Below, one piece after another: positions 20,014 to 33,200 of a DNA stretch of 64,000 nucleotides. Source of the stretch: Azolla caroliniana (Eukaryota; Plantae; Polypodiophyta); the NCBI GenBank assembly GCA_043228905.1, contig JBHGNT010000003.1:9734001-9798000 (forward strand), given 5' to 3'. Below the pieces are notes generated by a model, which made no database searches, was not told the DNA's origin, and saw only the letters and a program-made list of their open reading frames with translations. A program made the position numbers and the translations under genes. Numbering within the stretch: the first letter of the stretch is position 1; the number at the start of each line of letters is the position of its first letter.

Positions 20014-22189
20014 AAGCGATGACATTCCAATAATAGTGTTGAAACATGTTTTGATGTAACTTTGTACTCGGATCCGTTTTTTATGATATTTGGCTTGTTG
20101 CGAAGCTCATTCAGAGAGCTTTCTAAGGATTATTTGGAAGTTAAGTTTCGTTGTTGTTACAAGAAGCTACAATGAAAATTGTCATCATTGTGGTGTTATT
20201 TTGTATTTCACTAGCAAACTTCCTTTGGTATCATGGATTAAGCGGTGGTTGAATTCATTCATAATGCCTAATTGTGTTGAGGATGTGTATGTGGGTCCAA
20301 GAGCTATAATGTGGTTTTTTGGTCGTCAAAATACCGTACAACTTTGATGGCAAAGGTGCCAATCTTTTTTGATAGACGATTAGTGCATGTGATGGAATGG
20401 GTTCCGGTGGTTGATTATAAAGATTTATTAAAACAACAATGTCCAATTTGGGCCTACTTTGGGTGACTGTTGATTGTAGTAACTCATTCTTTTGGGATTT
20501 ACTACCAGGGTTGATGTCTCAGATTGGTAAAGTTTTGGTTGCTCCTCATGTTAATTCGTTGAACAAATGTAGATTTTGCACAGGATGGTTGAGTATAGAT
20601 ACATCTTGATTTGGTTGATTTCATTTTAAGCTTCAATGGGAGACTTTTGCACGACATTGTTTTAAATGTGGTAAATTGGGGCATTTTATGGTTGAATGCC
20701 AATATCATGGTCAACTATCCCCGAAAAATTATGTCAAAGGGAAAAATAAGGAAGATGTTGAGAAAGTATATTGTCTTAACCGTTGATATGGTCATGGATG
20801 AGGGAACATCTCATGGGTTAGAGCGAGATCCTAAAGTTCACGGTCATGCCAGAGGTGTTGGGGAGGAGATTGGAGTACATATTAATGATGACCCAGATGT
20901 TGAAGATGGAGAGTGGCATCAAGTGAAGCATAAGATAAAAGGGAAGGGTGTTGTCGTACAAAGGGACATAAAAAATACTAATGGTAAGACATTACCAAAA
21001 GATAATTTGAGATTGAATGAGGGCTTTAAAAAAATCCTTAGCAGAAAAAGTGCAAAATCAGAGAGTGTCCAACCATTTACAATTCAATTCTTCAGGAAGG
21101 GTGGCACGACCTCAATTAAATCAAGGACTTCGTTCTCGTGGATCTAGACAACAAAACCCTATTATTGGTGGAGGGGATGTAGTACACATGAATCTTTATG
21201 CAACTCTTGAACAAGTAGTCAGTACATTCATGAATACACTTGCTCATAAAGAGCAAGTTCTTACTAAATGTGTTAAATGAAAGTGGTATCATTGAATGTG
21301 CGAGGGGCATCTTCTCCTCATAAGAAATTTATATTATGGAAAACTTTATTTGATAAAGAACGAGATGTTTTATGTGCAGTTGAGCATAAGTGTCATGATT
21401 TAGGATCTGTGTTACATTTGTGTGGATATTCCGCATATTATGCAGGACAGTTATCACATCATTACTCAGGGGTAGTCATGATTATTCGTGATTTTTTTTG
21501 TCCACATATAGTCTATAATGATCCATATGGACGTTTTTTGGTGATGGAAGTCAAGTATTTTGAGGATTTGATATGGTTGGTAGGAATCTATGCACCCAAT
21601 AATGCTAATCAACGCATTGAGTTATGGTCTTCAATGTATCCACGGTTATTAGTAGGCCGTGTTGGTTTGTTAATGAGTGATTTTAATATATGTGTTGATG
21701 CTTCACAATCTACTTCACGATTCTCATTGACGGATTCTCTTGAGCAAGCAGTTTGGGACAAATTGGCATAAGAGGTTTTGAAGTTGGATGTATGGAAATG
21801 GTTGCATCAAGACGAGGTTGGGTTTACATTTCAGTCAATGCAATATAAGGAAACATGGAGTAGGTTAGATAGAATGTATGTTATGCATGATGAGTCCTTT
21901 TTGCCAGCGATGCTTAATATGTCAATTATGCAAGAGGTTGTGATATCGGATCATTTTCCCATATGTTTTGAGTTTAATTTAAAACATAGGGTAGATATGT
22001 ACAAAATATTGTTTGATTGAGTTCCTTTGAGGTTTAATTCTTCTTTATTATTACATTCCTTATTTGATGCCTATATGCAACAAAGTTTTGGCATGTTTTC
22101 AAAACAAGTTATTTGCTCTACTTGGGAGAGTTGGGCTATTGAGATTGTTTTCAAATATTCTTATTGGATTAGACTCATGTGTAGTAAGG

Positions 22190-23701
22190 ATTTGATTTAC
22201 CTGACGCTTTGGTCGATTGGGACAATTGACTGCAATATGTTCAGGAACCCCACAATACAAGCATAAGCGATTTGCTCAACGTCTTTGCTTTTTCTCATCT
22301 GATAATGGTCCCCGTCTTCGTGTTGCTTCAATCTCCATTGGCGTAGGCACATCCGTTGGAGTAATATTAGATGATTTCCTAGAAAGTGGTATTGCCGCAA
22401 CTGATGCCTAAGTAGGATCTAATCTTGATTGGACCATAAGTTGTTGCCGCTCAGAACACCTTTTGAATTGTCTATTGTCACATCTAACCGCTCTACTTAT
22501 TGCCTCCGTAAGTGATTTGGGATCCTCCGAAAAAGTAAGAAGCAAATCCTTCACATCATTGTGAAGGCCATATCGAAATTGTTCCCTTAATGCCTGCTCA
22601 TCCCACGGGATGTCAGATGCGAGGAGACAAAAATCAGCGGCATAGGCAGAAGTTGGACGATCCCCTTGTCATAGCCTACAGATCTTATTTATGGTTGTCC
22701 TTACACTGTCTGTATCTCCAAAACATGCTTTTAATTCCTCAATAAAAGCTTCAAAATCATCTAACAATGGAGATTTTTGTTCTAATAGTGGTGCAAACCA
22801 AGACAAAGTTGAACCGCTTAATAAAGTGCCTACTAGTCCCACTCAGGATGCCTGAGTTGGATAACGTGTCGGGTGCATTTGAATTACTAATCGTACCTAA
22901 TTCAGAAAGCCCCGAAATTGCGAGCGTGTCCCATCAAACCTTGCTGGAAGACTTATCTTAGGTTCCTTAAAAATGCCTTGAGTTTTGACTGCTTGTTGTT
23001 GTGAAGAAGCTAGCGCCATCTCTAATTGTTGAACCCACTCCTCATATTGTCGTACTCGTTGTGTCAATTCTTCATCATGTTGTCGCTTCTCCATTGTGAC
23101 TTGTTGTAGATCTCCACGTAGATGTTGATTCTCTTGTTCAAGAGCCAGGAACTTGCCTTTCAAGCATTCAAGCTCTGATAGGACAAATTGATGTTCCTCA
23201 AGGCTAATGGAAGCCATCAGAGTGTTAGGAGATTTTGGGTAGAACAATAATTCCGGTTCAAACTGTCAGCACGCGGACAAGAGAAAGGGATAAGGATATT
23301 TAGAAGAAGCGGAATGGAGATATCATTATTATTATAAAGAGAGAATGTTACAACTAGAGAATTAAGAGAATGATCGATAATGTAGGCTAGAAGGGTGGAG
23401 ACTGGTGTTGAACCGGAATAACTTGAAAATACTGAGGGGCTTCAATCTATAGGAGTAGGTAATGACACACGCAAGAGTAAGCAATGCTACATGTCATCCC
23501 TTCATGAGTTTCGTTAAATGTTCTAGAAAGTTCCACAATGTTCCATAATGATCCAGAATGTTCTATAATGTTGTATGCATACATCTCTTAATAATGACAT
23601 AAATTATTATCACATAATCTAAATGACCTAGTGGGTAAGGTGTTATAAGATGAGTGTTAGGGTCGAGGGTTTGAGCTTTGGCATGACCAGTAATCATGAC
23701 A
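22190..23701 (-). mobile_element. Truncated Ty3/gypsy (Tf1/sushi/Tcn1-like chromovirus) element: 5' LTR 23264-23701 plus decayed gag (about 23218-22190)
   Basis: TGTCA...TGACA LTR; gag motifs EPKISLPARFDGTRSQFRGF, FRYGLHNDVKD, PTPMEIE; Zn knuckle CLYCGVPEHIAVNC; several in-frame stops. Confidence 0.85.
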
Positions 23702-24384
23702 ATGGCAAGATGCATTATCTCTTTTTGAATGGGAACCATCAAGTGATCGAGAATCTTGTAATTCATTACAAAATGAATTTCTTGTTTCTTCTTGAGTGTT
23801 GTTCTACCATGGGAAAGAGAAGTTGAGATCTCAATTCAATCGTTTATTTTGATTGGGGATTGTACATTTGGAAGATGTGGTTGATAATGAATCTCAAAGA
23901 TTGTCGGAATTTGAAGAATCTGTTAAGCGATGATTATGTATTCCCCCAAATTGTGGATTTATTTGGGAGAAATTACAAGATATACCATTGTTGCAAGGAT
24001 GTTTGCTATTGAAAACAAATGTTGCAACTTGGGTGGTTACAAGATGGTACACGCTTGTTACATGTCACTACAAATATATTGTATCATCATGCAATGGCAT
24101 CATTATCTTGGCTATCTCCTAAAGCAGCAAAGTTGTGGAATGTATGTAACTCAAATGCAAGGTGGTGGAAAATATTACAACGTGGTTGGCATTCCCATCT
24201 ACCATTTTGTGCAAAGGTATTCATATGGAGAGTCATGATTGGTGGGCTCCCATTAGGTTCGGCCTTAAAGAGACGAGGACTAGGGTGTGACACTTGTTTC
24301 TTTTACACCGTTCCATTGGAGGATAGTGCACATAGGTTCATTAAATGTCCTATAGTGTGTACCATTTGAAAATACTTATTGGAC

Positions 24385-24758
24385 ATTTGGCAAGTTTTAA
24401 CCCATTGTTGTTTGAGACCTCAATATTCGGTTTTTTCTCAATATGTTCAAAATGGTCCAAATGATGAGATTGAGATATTGTTCCAATTTTTACGCTATTG
24501 GGGACTACAACACAATTGGAATATGCGTAATGCTTTCATGTTTGATAATAGACATGGAGTGAAAGCTTATATAAAGAAACTGAAAATGATGAGATTTGGC
24601 AAGTTTTAACCCATTGTTGTTTGAGATCTCAATAATCGGTTTTTTCTCAATATGTTCAAAATGGTCCAAATGATGAGATTGAGATATTGTTCCAATTTTT
24701 ACGCTATTGGGGACAACAACACAATTGGAATATGCGTAATGCTTTCATGTTTGATAAT
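24385..24758. repeat. About 165-bp direct duplication within the LINE 3' region (24385-24549 and 24594-24758)
   Basis: ATTTGGCAAGTTTTAACCC...TTTGATAAT occurs twice. Confidence 0.9.
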
Positions 24759-27700
24759 GGACTTTAGAGCATGTGGGGATCATTTCCTCAAATGCATATT
24801 CAGGTTTTTTAATGGCATTACAAGACGTCCCTCTCAGCACATAGTCATATGATAGGTAGAGGAGAATAAGCAGTGTTGTAACTTAGTGGATTTTACATAA
24901 AATTAATATAATTGTGTGCTTTTACCAAAGAGAGAGAGCTTCAATAATAAGCTAGTAGTTTCCTATTTATATACATATAATTTTTTTGCCATTGTAGTGC
25001 GTAGCTTTGGGACACTTCAAGATATCTCACATTGCGTCGCATAGTGACATTACAGAAGTGACACATTTAGTAATGTGTTTTTGCGTCACTAATGCCCTAT
25101 TTTGTAGAAGTGCTCAAAACCTATTGTTGGGAGCCTTCAAAACTATCTCTATGCAAACTTTCATTACTGATAAAGTAGTATTAAAAACGAGTTTTACCTC
25201 TCTCTAACATCACCCTTTCTATCTCTCATATTTAAACTCCCCACAGTTTTTTAACATTGAGGGTTGATTATCTCCTCCATACACAAATATGTGAAGTTTT
25301 TCCACTTTAGTTTTATTAACCAAATTTTGACATTTGAGGATGATAGAGAAAATATACATCTATTTTTCTCACTCTCTCACTAAATTGGGATATATGTATA
25401 TAAAGCATATAAGGAACCATGGGATTGTGGCTATGTAATTTTTGTAGAGTACATATCAAAGACATTTTCCCAAGATGAATTCATGGCTTATCATAACAAT
25501 TAAGTCTATTGAATTTATGAAATTGTATCAAGAGGGGGTGAAAGACAATCACAATGCATGATTGTTTTGCACCTTGGAAGTTGCAAAAAATAATTAGTTA
25601 TGTAACCTAAAATATGTTACATGAAAAAAAAAATGTGAAGGGAATATTTAATGGCCCTTGGAAGGAAAGTATAAGAACCCCCTAAAGTTGTGCTTAAACA
25701 ATTATAAGAAGACCTTAAAGTTGTTTAGTGGATGCTCATGTAGACTTTACATTTTTTGTCTACAATATTGTCATTCTTTAATTGTGGGATTTAACATCAT
25801 ATTGAGGTTTTGCAATAGTAGTAGAACCTATGGCAAGAATAAATGTGTCTACCCATTCGGAATAGATGGCAAAGAGAGTTTACACGTAGTGACCCCCTTT
25901 CATACAATGGCTCCCCTATTCAAGTCTGAACAAAACATCGAGTCACTATGACCTTATGATTACAAGGAACTTGAGGATGAATTGCTATTGTTCATCTCAA
26001 CATAGTTATAAGGGTGCATTCACATAACTTCATTCAAAGATCTTGCTTGATCATTTTGCCATATTATCCGCTTCATTTTTCCACACACATTTTTGGATGA
26101 CAAGTAACTAATAACTTTATTAAAGCTTTTAATTTGTTGAGAGTTTAGCAAATTTTTGTGCATTCGGTAAGAGTAACAAAAAAAAAAAAAAAAACCCATT
26201 TACTTGAATTTTTCTATTTCATTTTCATTTTTCAAACCCATGTTTCTATTAACTCACTGTGTTTTAATCCATTAAAATAATTTATTCAACCTCCCACATG
26301 TGAATCTGAAATGCTCCCAAGACGACTTTGAGAAGAATTTCACAATTTTTATTTATGTGACATTCCAATTTGAGTTTTAAACAAATCATTGGTTCAATTG
26401 TCGACTTGCTCAAGCCAATACTTTTGTACATTTAACATTTAATCTTGTTTTTCGTCAATAATTTGGTAGGTTATGTATACCAATTATTTTCTTGTAAATG
26501 CCCACCCTAAGATTTCATTAACGAAGATAAGATTTGAATCTCTTGAGTCACTTCTACTCTTTCAAAATAATCTAGAAGATACCACATTTTTTAGTGAGCT
26601 AAAATATATGGCATCCCACAGCTGGCATTGTCCCCTTCTCTGACATTCCATTTATTATTTGGGCACATTTCAATGTGACAGGACATTTCCTTTGACAATT
26701 TGATAAACTAGAACGTTGAATTAAAACGTCACACTAAGAATGCCCGTAGTACAAATTATCGAACATATAAGTATGAGTTGCCTTGATATGGTTTGGATTT
26801 CATAGGCTTACAACCATGTTAATGTATAGTCAACATTAACGACCCAAGAAGATTGTGTTAATTGTGCCATGCTACTATTGTTAGCAAAGAATCATATGAA
26901 TCCAGTATTATTTGCTAACCTTAAATGTTTATAATTTAAATGTAACAAAAACAACTTGTGTAGCTTAATTGCACAAAGGACAGGGCTGAATATTATCAAT
27001 GACACTTTTAATTGATTACTTTATCTAGATTACCTACTACAAGTCTCAAGAGGAGAACTGAAAATAATATCATAAATTATGCCTCTTTATGTATATAAAT
27101 AGCTTTGTCAATGGTCAAGAAGTAAACAGGCACACAGTATGCTAAAGCACATTGTTTCGCTCCATTTGAAATTATAACTCAATAAGATGTGTGTGTAGCT
27201 TTAAATAGGTTCTCAATTAGTCCAAATCAATAGGTCCAATGTTGCCTTCAATGTACAAATTTACAACTTCAATGATGAAACCTTTTAATTAGCTATCAAA
27301 TTGTATGTTTGCCCAAAAGAAATGGCTTTATAAATTTTCCATTCTTGATGGTAGTGCAGAGTCTAAAGTGGCCTTGAAAACTACTCTTTGTTAAATTCAC
27401 GTGATATGTTACATGCTCCATGACTAGACCCCTTGGTAAAAATAGTTGTATCACCTCGTGATTAAGATTTACATGTTCCGTACATAGTCACACACTTGTG
27501 AATGTGTTGACAAAAACGGTGATTCTACTGATAAATATATCGCTTGATGATAGACACATCGATCATTTATAATTTATTGGTGCCATTGATGACAAGAAAT
27601 GGTGTGTTTTTTATGGCCATCATGCAAGTTTTTGGCTATTCCACTTGTTTTTTCTCGACGGAAAATCAAAATCAAAATATCAATCTCGACGAACAAACGT

Positions 27701-29936
27701 TTTGTAAGATTGTCAAAACGAAACATATACTTTATATTAAACTATGAAAATTTATTACACACTCTACATATATGACACACATAATACAAACATGATTATA
27801 TGATAAAATATATAATATGCTCTTCTTTCATAATGTAGGGAACAAATTCCCATGGGATAAGACTTGTTGCAATGATTTCAAACCTAAAGGAATGATGCCT
27901 CACATCGATGCATCACCAGAAACTTGAAAGTTGTATTCAAATGTGTGAACGAACATTATGTTCAATTGATAGTAGCTCAAGTAAATGCAAGGTTCCCATA
28001 TTAATGCCTCTTTAATGCAACAAATTTTTTTTGTCCATGCCATTATGCCCTTGATGTAAGTGTTTCAAATGCAAAAAAGATGGTTGCAATTTTTTATTAC
28101 AACCAAATCTTGATGTCAATTTATGCACTCATCAAGTAAACAATCCAAAGGCTTGTCGAGTTCAGCTTAATAGTTCCAAGCATTTCTGCACTCATGATAC
28201 ATTCTTCCTCTTGTGTTGTATGTATGTATTATCTTATCTAAACATTGGTAGCTAAAAAATCATACCAACCATAACATGCAACATCCATAAGTATCAAGTA
28301 AAAGGTTGCATTGCCAACATTATCATTTCCTCTTCTTGGCAATGCATGCATTGTCCATGGGCTCCATTGGTCTTTTGCATTCAGGAACGGTTTGTTGTTT
28401 ATTGCATTTTCACTCCTTACATTGTAGAAAAACGTCCTTCATCAATAATGTGGTAAGCGATATTACTAAAAGATTAGAGTATAAGTGTCTACATGACCAA
28501 ACTAGAATTAAAAAGTAATCAAGATGACTCAATAGGCAAATATGAGCCAAGTATCTAGTATGATGTACAAACTTCAAAGGAAACACTTTCACATTACATG
28601 AACACATTCTTTACTAAATCCTTACATAAATAGCAGATTATGCTATATATCCTTATATCAATACATTTACTAACATGCAAATATCATAAATGGAGGGAAA
28701 AGAGATTCTTCCAACAACATCATAATGTCCACCTCACTAAAACATGGCTCTATTTTGAATATCGCTTTTTATTCGTCATGTTGCTTGTTTCCTTTGTGGC
28801 ACACATATATTGTATCATTAACTTGTTTGCATCCCTTTCTCTATGCACAATAAGAAATGCTTTACCTTAATTTCACGGATTTTCTACCCATGTGACATGT
28901 TTCATCAACTTTCATCATTGTTTATGCTTCCAAATCAACCTTCAATCACATATAAACATATCTACCAAGTGTCCATATTTCTTCTTGCAAACATACTAGG
29001 TCGAGCTCCTCTATTTGCTAATGTTTTTGACATGGTATTAACTTAAATACATGTTGTCTTATTGAGCATTTACAAAAGTATATTTTAAAGGCTATTTTGG
29101 ACAATTGATGCACACTCTCCAATGAACCAAAAGAATCATATATGAGCCCATTGCCCATAATGTAATTTGCATAACAAGCTGAAGTAATTCAAACCCTGGT
29201 GGACAAAGTTCATGAGCATTATGATGTTTCACTTGGCCCACCCAGTACATTCCAGTCAAACTTCGAGTGAAAAGGTTGAGTGACAATTTGAACCATGTCC
29301 TACTGGATTATTGTAAATCAGTTCTAGTAACTGTATGAGAAATTGTATGCGCAAGAAAGGACACGAATGGTCAGCTGGTAAAAGAAAGGGCACTGAAATG
29401 CGATCCGAGAGGACAAAAGGTCTCGAGCTGACAAAACCTTCAAACTTGGGCAAGGACAAAGTTACATATATGTACATATGTACTTGTGTTAAAATAGTAT
29501 GGGATAGATGGTAGATCCCATTTCATTATTCATTAAGTCCATGCCCATGGGCCATGGTTCTCTCTCTCTCTCTCTCTCCAAAAGAACAAAAAGCAAATCT
29601 ATTCCCTTACATTAATATGCTTCCAAAAAATCTCTCTCACACACACATACCCTGTGTCTGGATTGGCTTTTCCTATTTTACTTTTTTGTAATGTTTTTGT
29701 AGCTTTTCTTGTGATGATGTCTCTGGCCTCCTCCTCCTCCTCTTGTCAACCCCCTCTTCCCCAAAAACAAAAAAGCAAAAAAGCAATGAATCCTCTTTTG
29801 TATGTACTTTTCTCACTTGTGCTTGTCCTCTCTTTATCCAAGAGAGCTTATCTTTTCTAGAATATATTAATTAATAATTTAGTCAAACCATCTCTTCTTC
29901 TCCTCCTCCCCTTCATATCTTCATCCTTTTCTTCTT

Positions 29937-30215
29937 CATTCATTCATTCATTCATTCATTGCATTTCATCTCATTTCAATTTGACAATTCTGATTTTGAT
30001 TTTATGTGGCCCATTGATTCCTCATTCCCATTCATTCATTCATTCATTCATTTCATCTCATTTCAATTTGACATTCTGACTTTTTATTTTATGTGGCCCA
30101 TTGATTCTTCATTCCCATTTGACACTCATTTCAATTCATTCTGATTTTGATTTTGTGTGTGGCCCCCCATGTATTCTTCCTTCCCATTCATTCATTCATT
30201 CATTAATTCATTCAT
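29937..30215. repeat. About 85-90-bp tandem repeat (about 3 copies) with (CATT)n and GTGGCCC motifs, upstream of the BNR gene
   Basis: TTTCAATTTGACA..TTCTGA..ATGTGGCCCATTGATTC repeated. Confidence 0.8.
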
Positions 30216-30286
30216 CAAGCAATTCAACACACAGACACACACAGAGTTCCATGGCTTCATGTACATGTAATTAAGCAAATGTATGT

Positions 30287-33200
30287 ATGCATACAATGGC
30301 CAGACTACTCCTCCTCTGTTCTTCTTCCTCCTCCTCCTCCTCTCAATCTAGACTTATTTCCTGCAATCCATGTTCCTTTGCTTCTAGAAGTAGCCTTTGC
30401 TTCTTGCTGCTTTTGTTTACCTCAGCTGCAGGATCATTAAGTAACCCTAGAAGGCAGCTTACAACATCACCATTACCATCAATCCAATCTCTTCGTAACA
30501 AGACTAGCCATGATCATCACATGATAAGTACATGTCAGGATCCTATCATTGTGTCACAGGATTTTCTCTTCCCACTTGGTGGTGCACCCTTCCCAAGTTG
30601 CCATAGCTCCACCATTGTGGAGGTACATCATCATGGATGCTACTACTACTACTCTATACCACATACATACATAACCTACATACATACACACACATACATA
30701 ACCTACATACATAACCTACATACATACATACATACATACATACACACACATACATAACCTACATACATACATACATACATAACCTACATATGTACATACA
30801 TACATACATAACCTACATACATACATACATACATAACCTACATATGTACATACATACATACATAACCTACATACATACATACATACATAACCTACATATG
30901 TACATACATACATACATACATCACCTACATACATACATCACCTACATACATACATACATCACCTACATACATACATACATCACCTACATACATACATACA
31001 TACATCACCTACATACATACATCACCTACATACATAACCTACATACATACATACATACATACATACATACATACATACATACATAACCTACATACATGCA
31101 TAACCTACATACATTACATAATGTAAATTCATTCATTCATAGCCTCTTATTTGTTAATAATGTGTACTGCTAATTCAATGACATGTGATTTTCCAATGTC
31201 CCGCCAGGCCGAGCCCGGGGTTTTCGTCGTGGCTTATTTCGGGGGTAGTCATGAAGGCGCGCCAGATGTGAAAATTTGGATGCAGACATACAAGGTACAC
31301 ACACAAAAGAACTATTCCATGATGTGGTTTGGTATGCATGGATTTGATTTGATTATTTGTGTGTGAGTGAGAGAGAGAGAGAGAGAGAGAGAAGGGGGGG
31401 TGGGAGATAATTGCTTGCAAATTGGATTATATTCATTGATTTTGCATGCAATTAATCCGATCCTCTGCATAATTACTTAGTACATAGAAGGAAGAGAATG
31501 AAATTAACTGGCAATTAAAGATCATGATGTGTTTAATTATTATCGCAAAAAAAAAAAAAAAAACTAGCAGAATGGGTCTTGGTCTTGGCCGGAGGTGATC
31601 GATGAGGAGGCAGGGGTGCCGCTATGGAATCCAGTGCTCTTCAAAATGCCAGACAATCAGATCCTCATCTTCTACAAGATCGGGCCGGAGGTCCAAAAGT
31701 AAGTCCCTCTGCTTCAATTTAATCTTCACCCTGCAAATCCACTCTTCCTTTTCTCTTTTTTAGAGGAGAATGGTCATGTGTTGTTTGGTCAAATGCATTG
31801 ACTTTTCACTACTCCATGGCAAGACATTTCACTAGTCAATGGTCATGGTCATGGTGTTAGGCAAATGTATTGACTTTTTAACAAGTCAATGGGCATGGGC
31901 ATCATGGTGGTGTTGTTTGGCAAAATGTTTTGACTTTTCACAAGTCAAGATGGTCATGGTCATGGGTATGGGCATGGCAATGGTGTATTGACTTTTTTTT
32001 ACTTTCATAAGTGAGTGGGCATGGCGGTATTATTAGGCAAATGTATTGGGTTTTCACAAGGCAATGGCAGGACTTTTCACAACTCAATGGGCAAGGTCAT
32101 GGTGGTGTTGCTTGGCAAATGTATTGACTTTTCACAAGCCAGTGGCAATGCTTTTCACACCTCAATGGGCAAGGTCATGGTCATGGTGGTGGTGTTTGGC
32201 AAATGTATTGACTTTTTACAGGCCAATCGCAAGACTTCTCACAGCTCAATGGGCATGGGCATGGGCATGGTGGTATTGTTTGGCAATTGTATTGACTTTT
32301 CACAAGTGAATGGCAGACTTTTCACATGCACATTGGTCATAGTTGTAAAGCTAGCCTCTTTCGTTTGTTCCTTTGTTTGGAGGTACCTCTTGGAGATCCC
32401 CCCTGTTGGCAACCACCCAATGACCCATGTGTCCATCGCACGTGGCTCATACATATATATTTTAACACCCTTGTGTTCCGGGCCACCAGCCCTATGATGT
32501 TGCTACGTCAAAGGAACCTGCATTCATCCATTAAAGGCAAATGCTTTCACATTATGCGTTCTGGCGCCATTATTTTAGAGATTTTTCTTTTTTTTAAGTT
32601 TGTTGGTGGAACTTGGAAGGTCCCAAGTGCTAGTGGATCAACTTTTACATAACTTTCTTAGATGTGTAATGCTTGCATTGAAATTACACCTTTTCCTTTT
32701 GGCATGCCTTTCTTACATTCTATGATTTCGAATAAATGCTAGAGTATTTCCTTGATTGTAGCTGTTTTTTCTTGGAAGAACTTTCTTTGATGGACTAGTG
32801 GATCCACCATTATACACAACACTATGTACTAGGAATGGTCGGCCACCAATAAATAAATGCTAAAATAATAGTGGAAGCGCATTACCATATATCATTCGGA
32901 ATACAATCTATGAAAATGTTCATTCATAAACATGTATTCATGTTTGAATGAATTTAGCTGCAATGTTCCTAAGGCTACACTTAATTTTCTCATATGAACT
33001 CGAATTGTTTTCACGAGGTTGGTTATTGACTTTTGTTAGGTGGAGTGGTTTCATGAAGAGATCAAACGATGGTGGAAAGACTTGGTCACGTCGAAACCAA
33101 CTACCACCAGGAATCTTGGGCCCTAGTAAAAACAAGGTATTCCAAAAAATAATAAACAATAGAAATAAAAAATGTGCCAAATTTCAGTTTTTGGGAAAAA

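Larger units (their letters stand above)
20013..24938 (+). mobile_element. Degraded L1/Tx1-like LINE: ORF1 remnant, APE endonuclease (21277-22100) and zf-RVT (about 24150-24370). RT core is missing and a gypsy fragment interrupts it
   Basis: MKVVSLNVRG..IYAPN..SDFN..SRLDR..SDHFP APE motifs; ORF1 stop overlaps the ORF2 ATG at 21277-21280; zf-RVT AKVFIW..CFFY..EDSAHRFIKC. Outer boundaries are approximate. Confidence 0.8.

Noticed and set aside
24950-29500. Possible decayed DNA transposon
   Set aside because: AT-rich, with no transposase motif or terminal repeat that I could recognise.
32015-32497. 160-aa repetitive ORF
   Set aside because: It is a translation of the intronic minisatellite inside the BNR gene.
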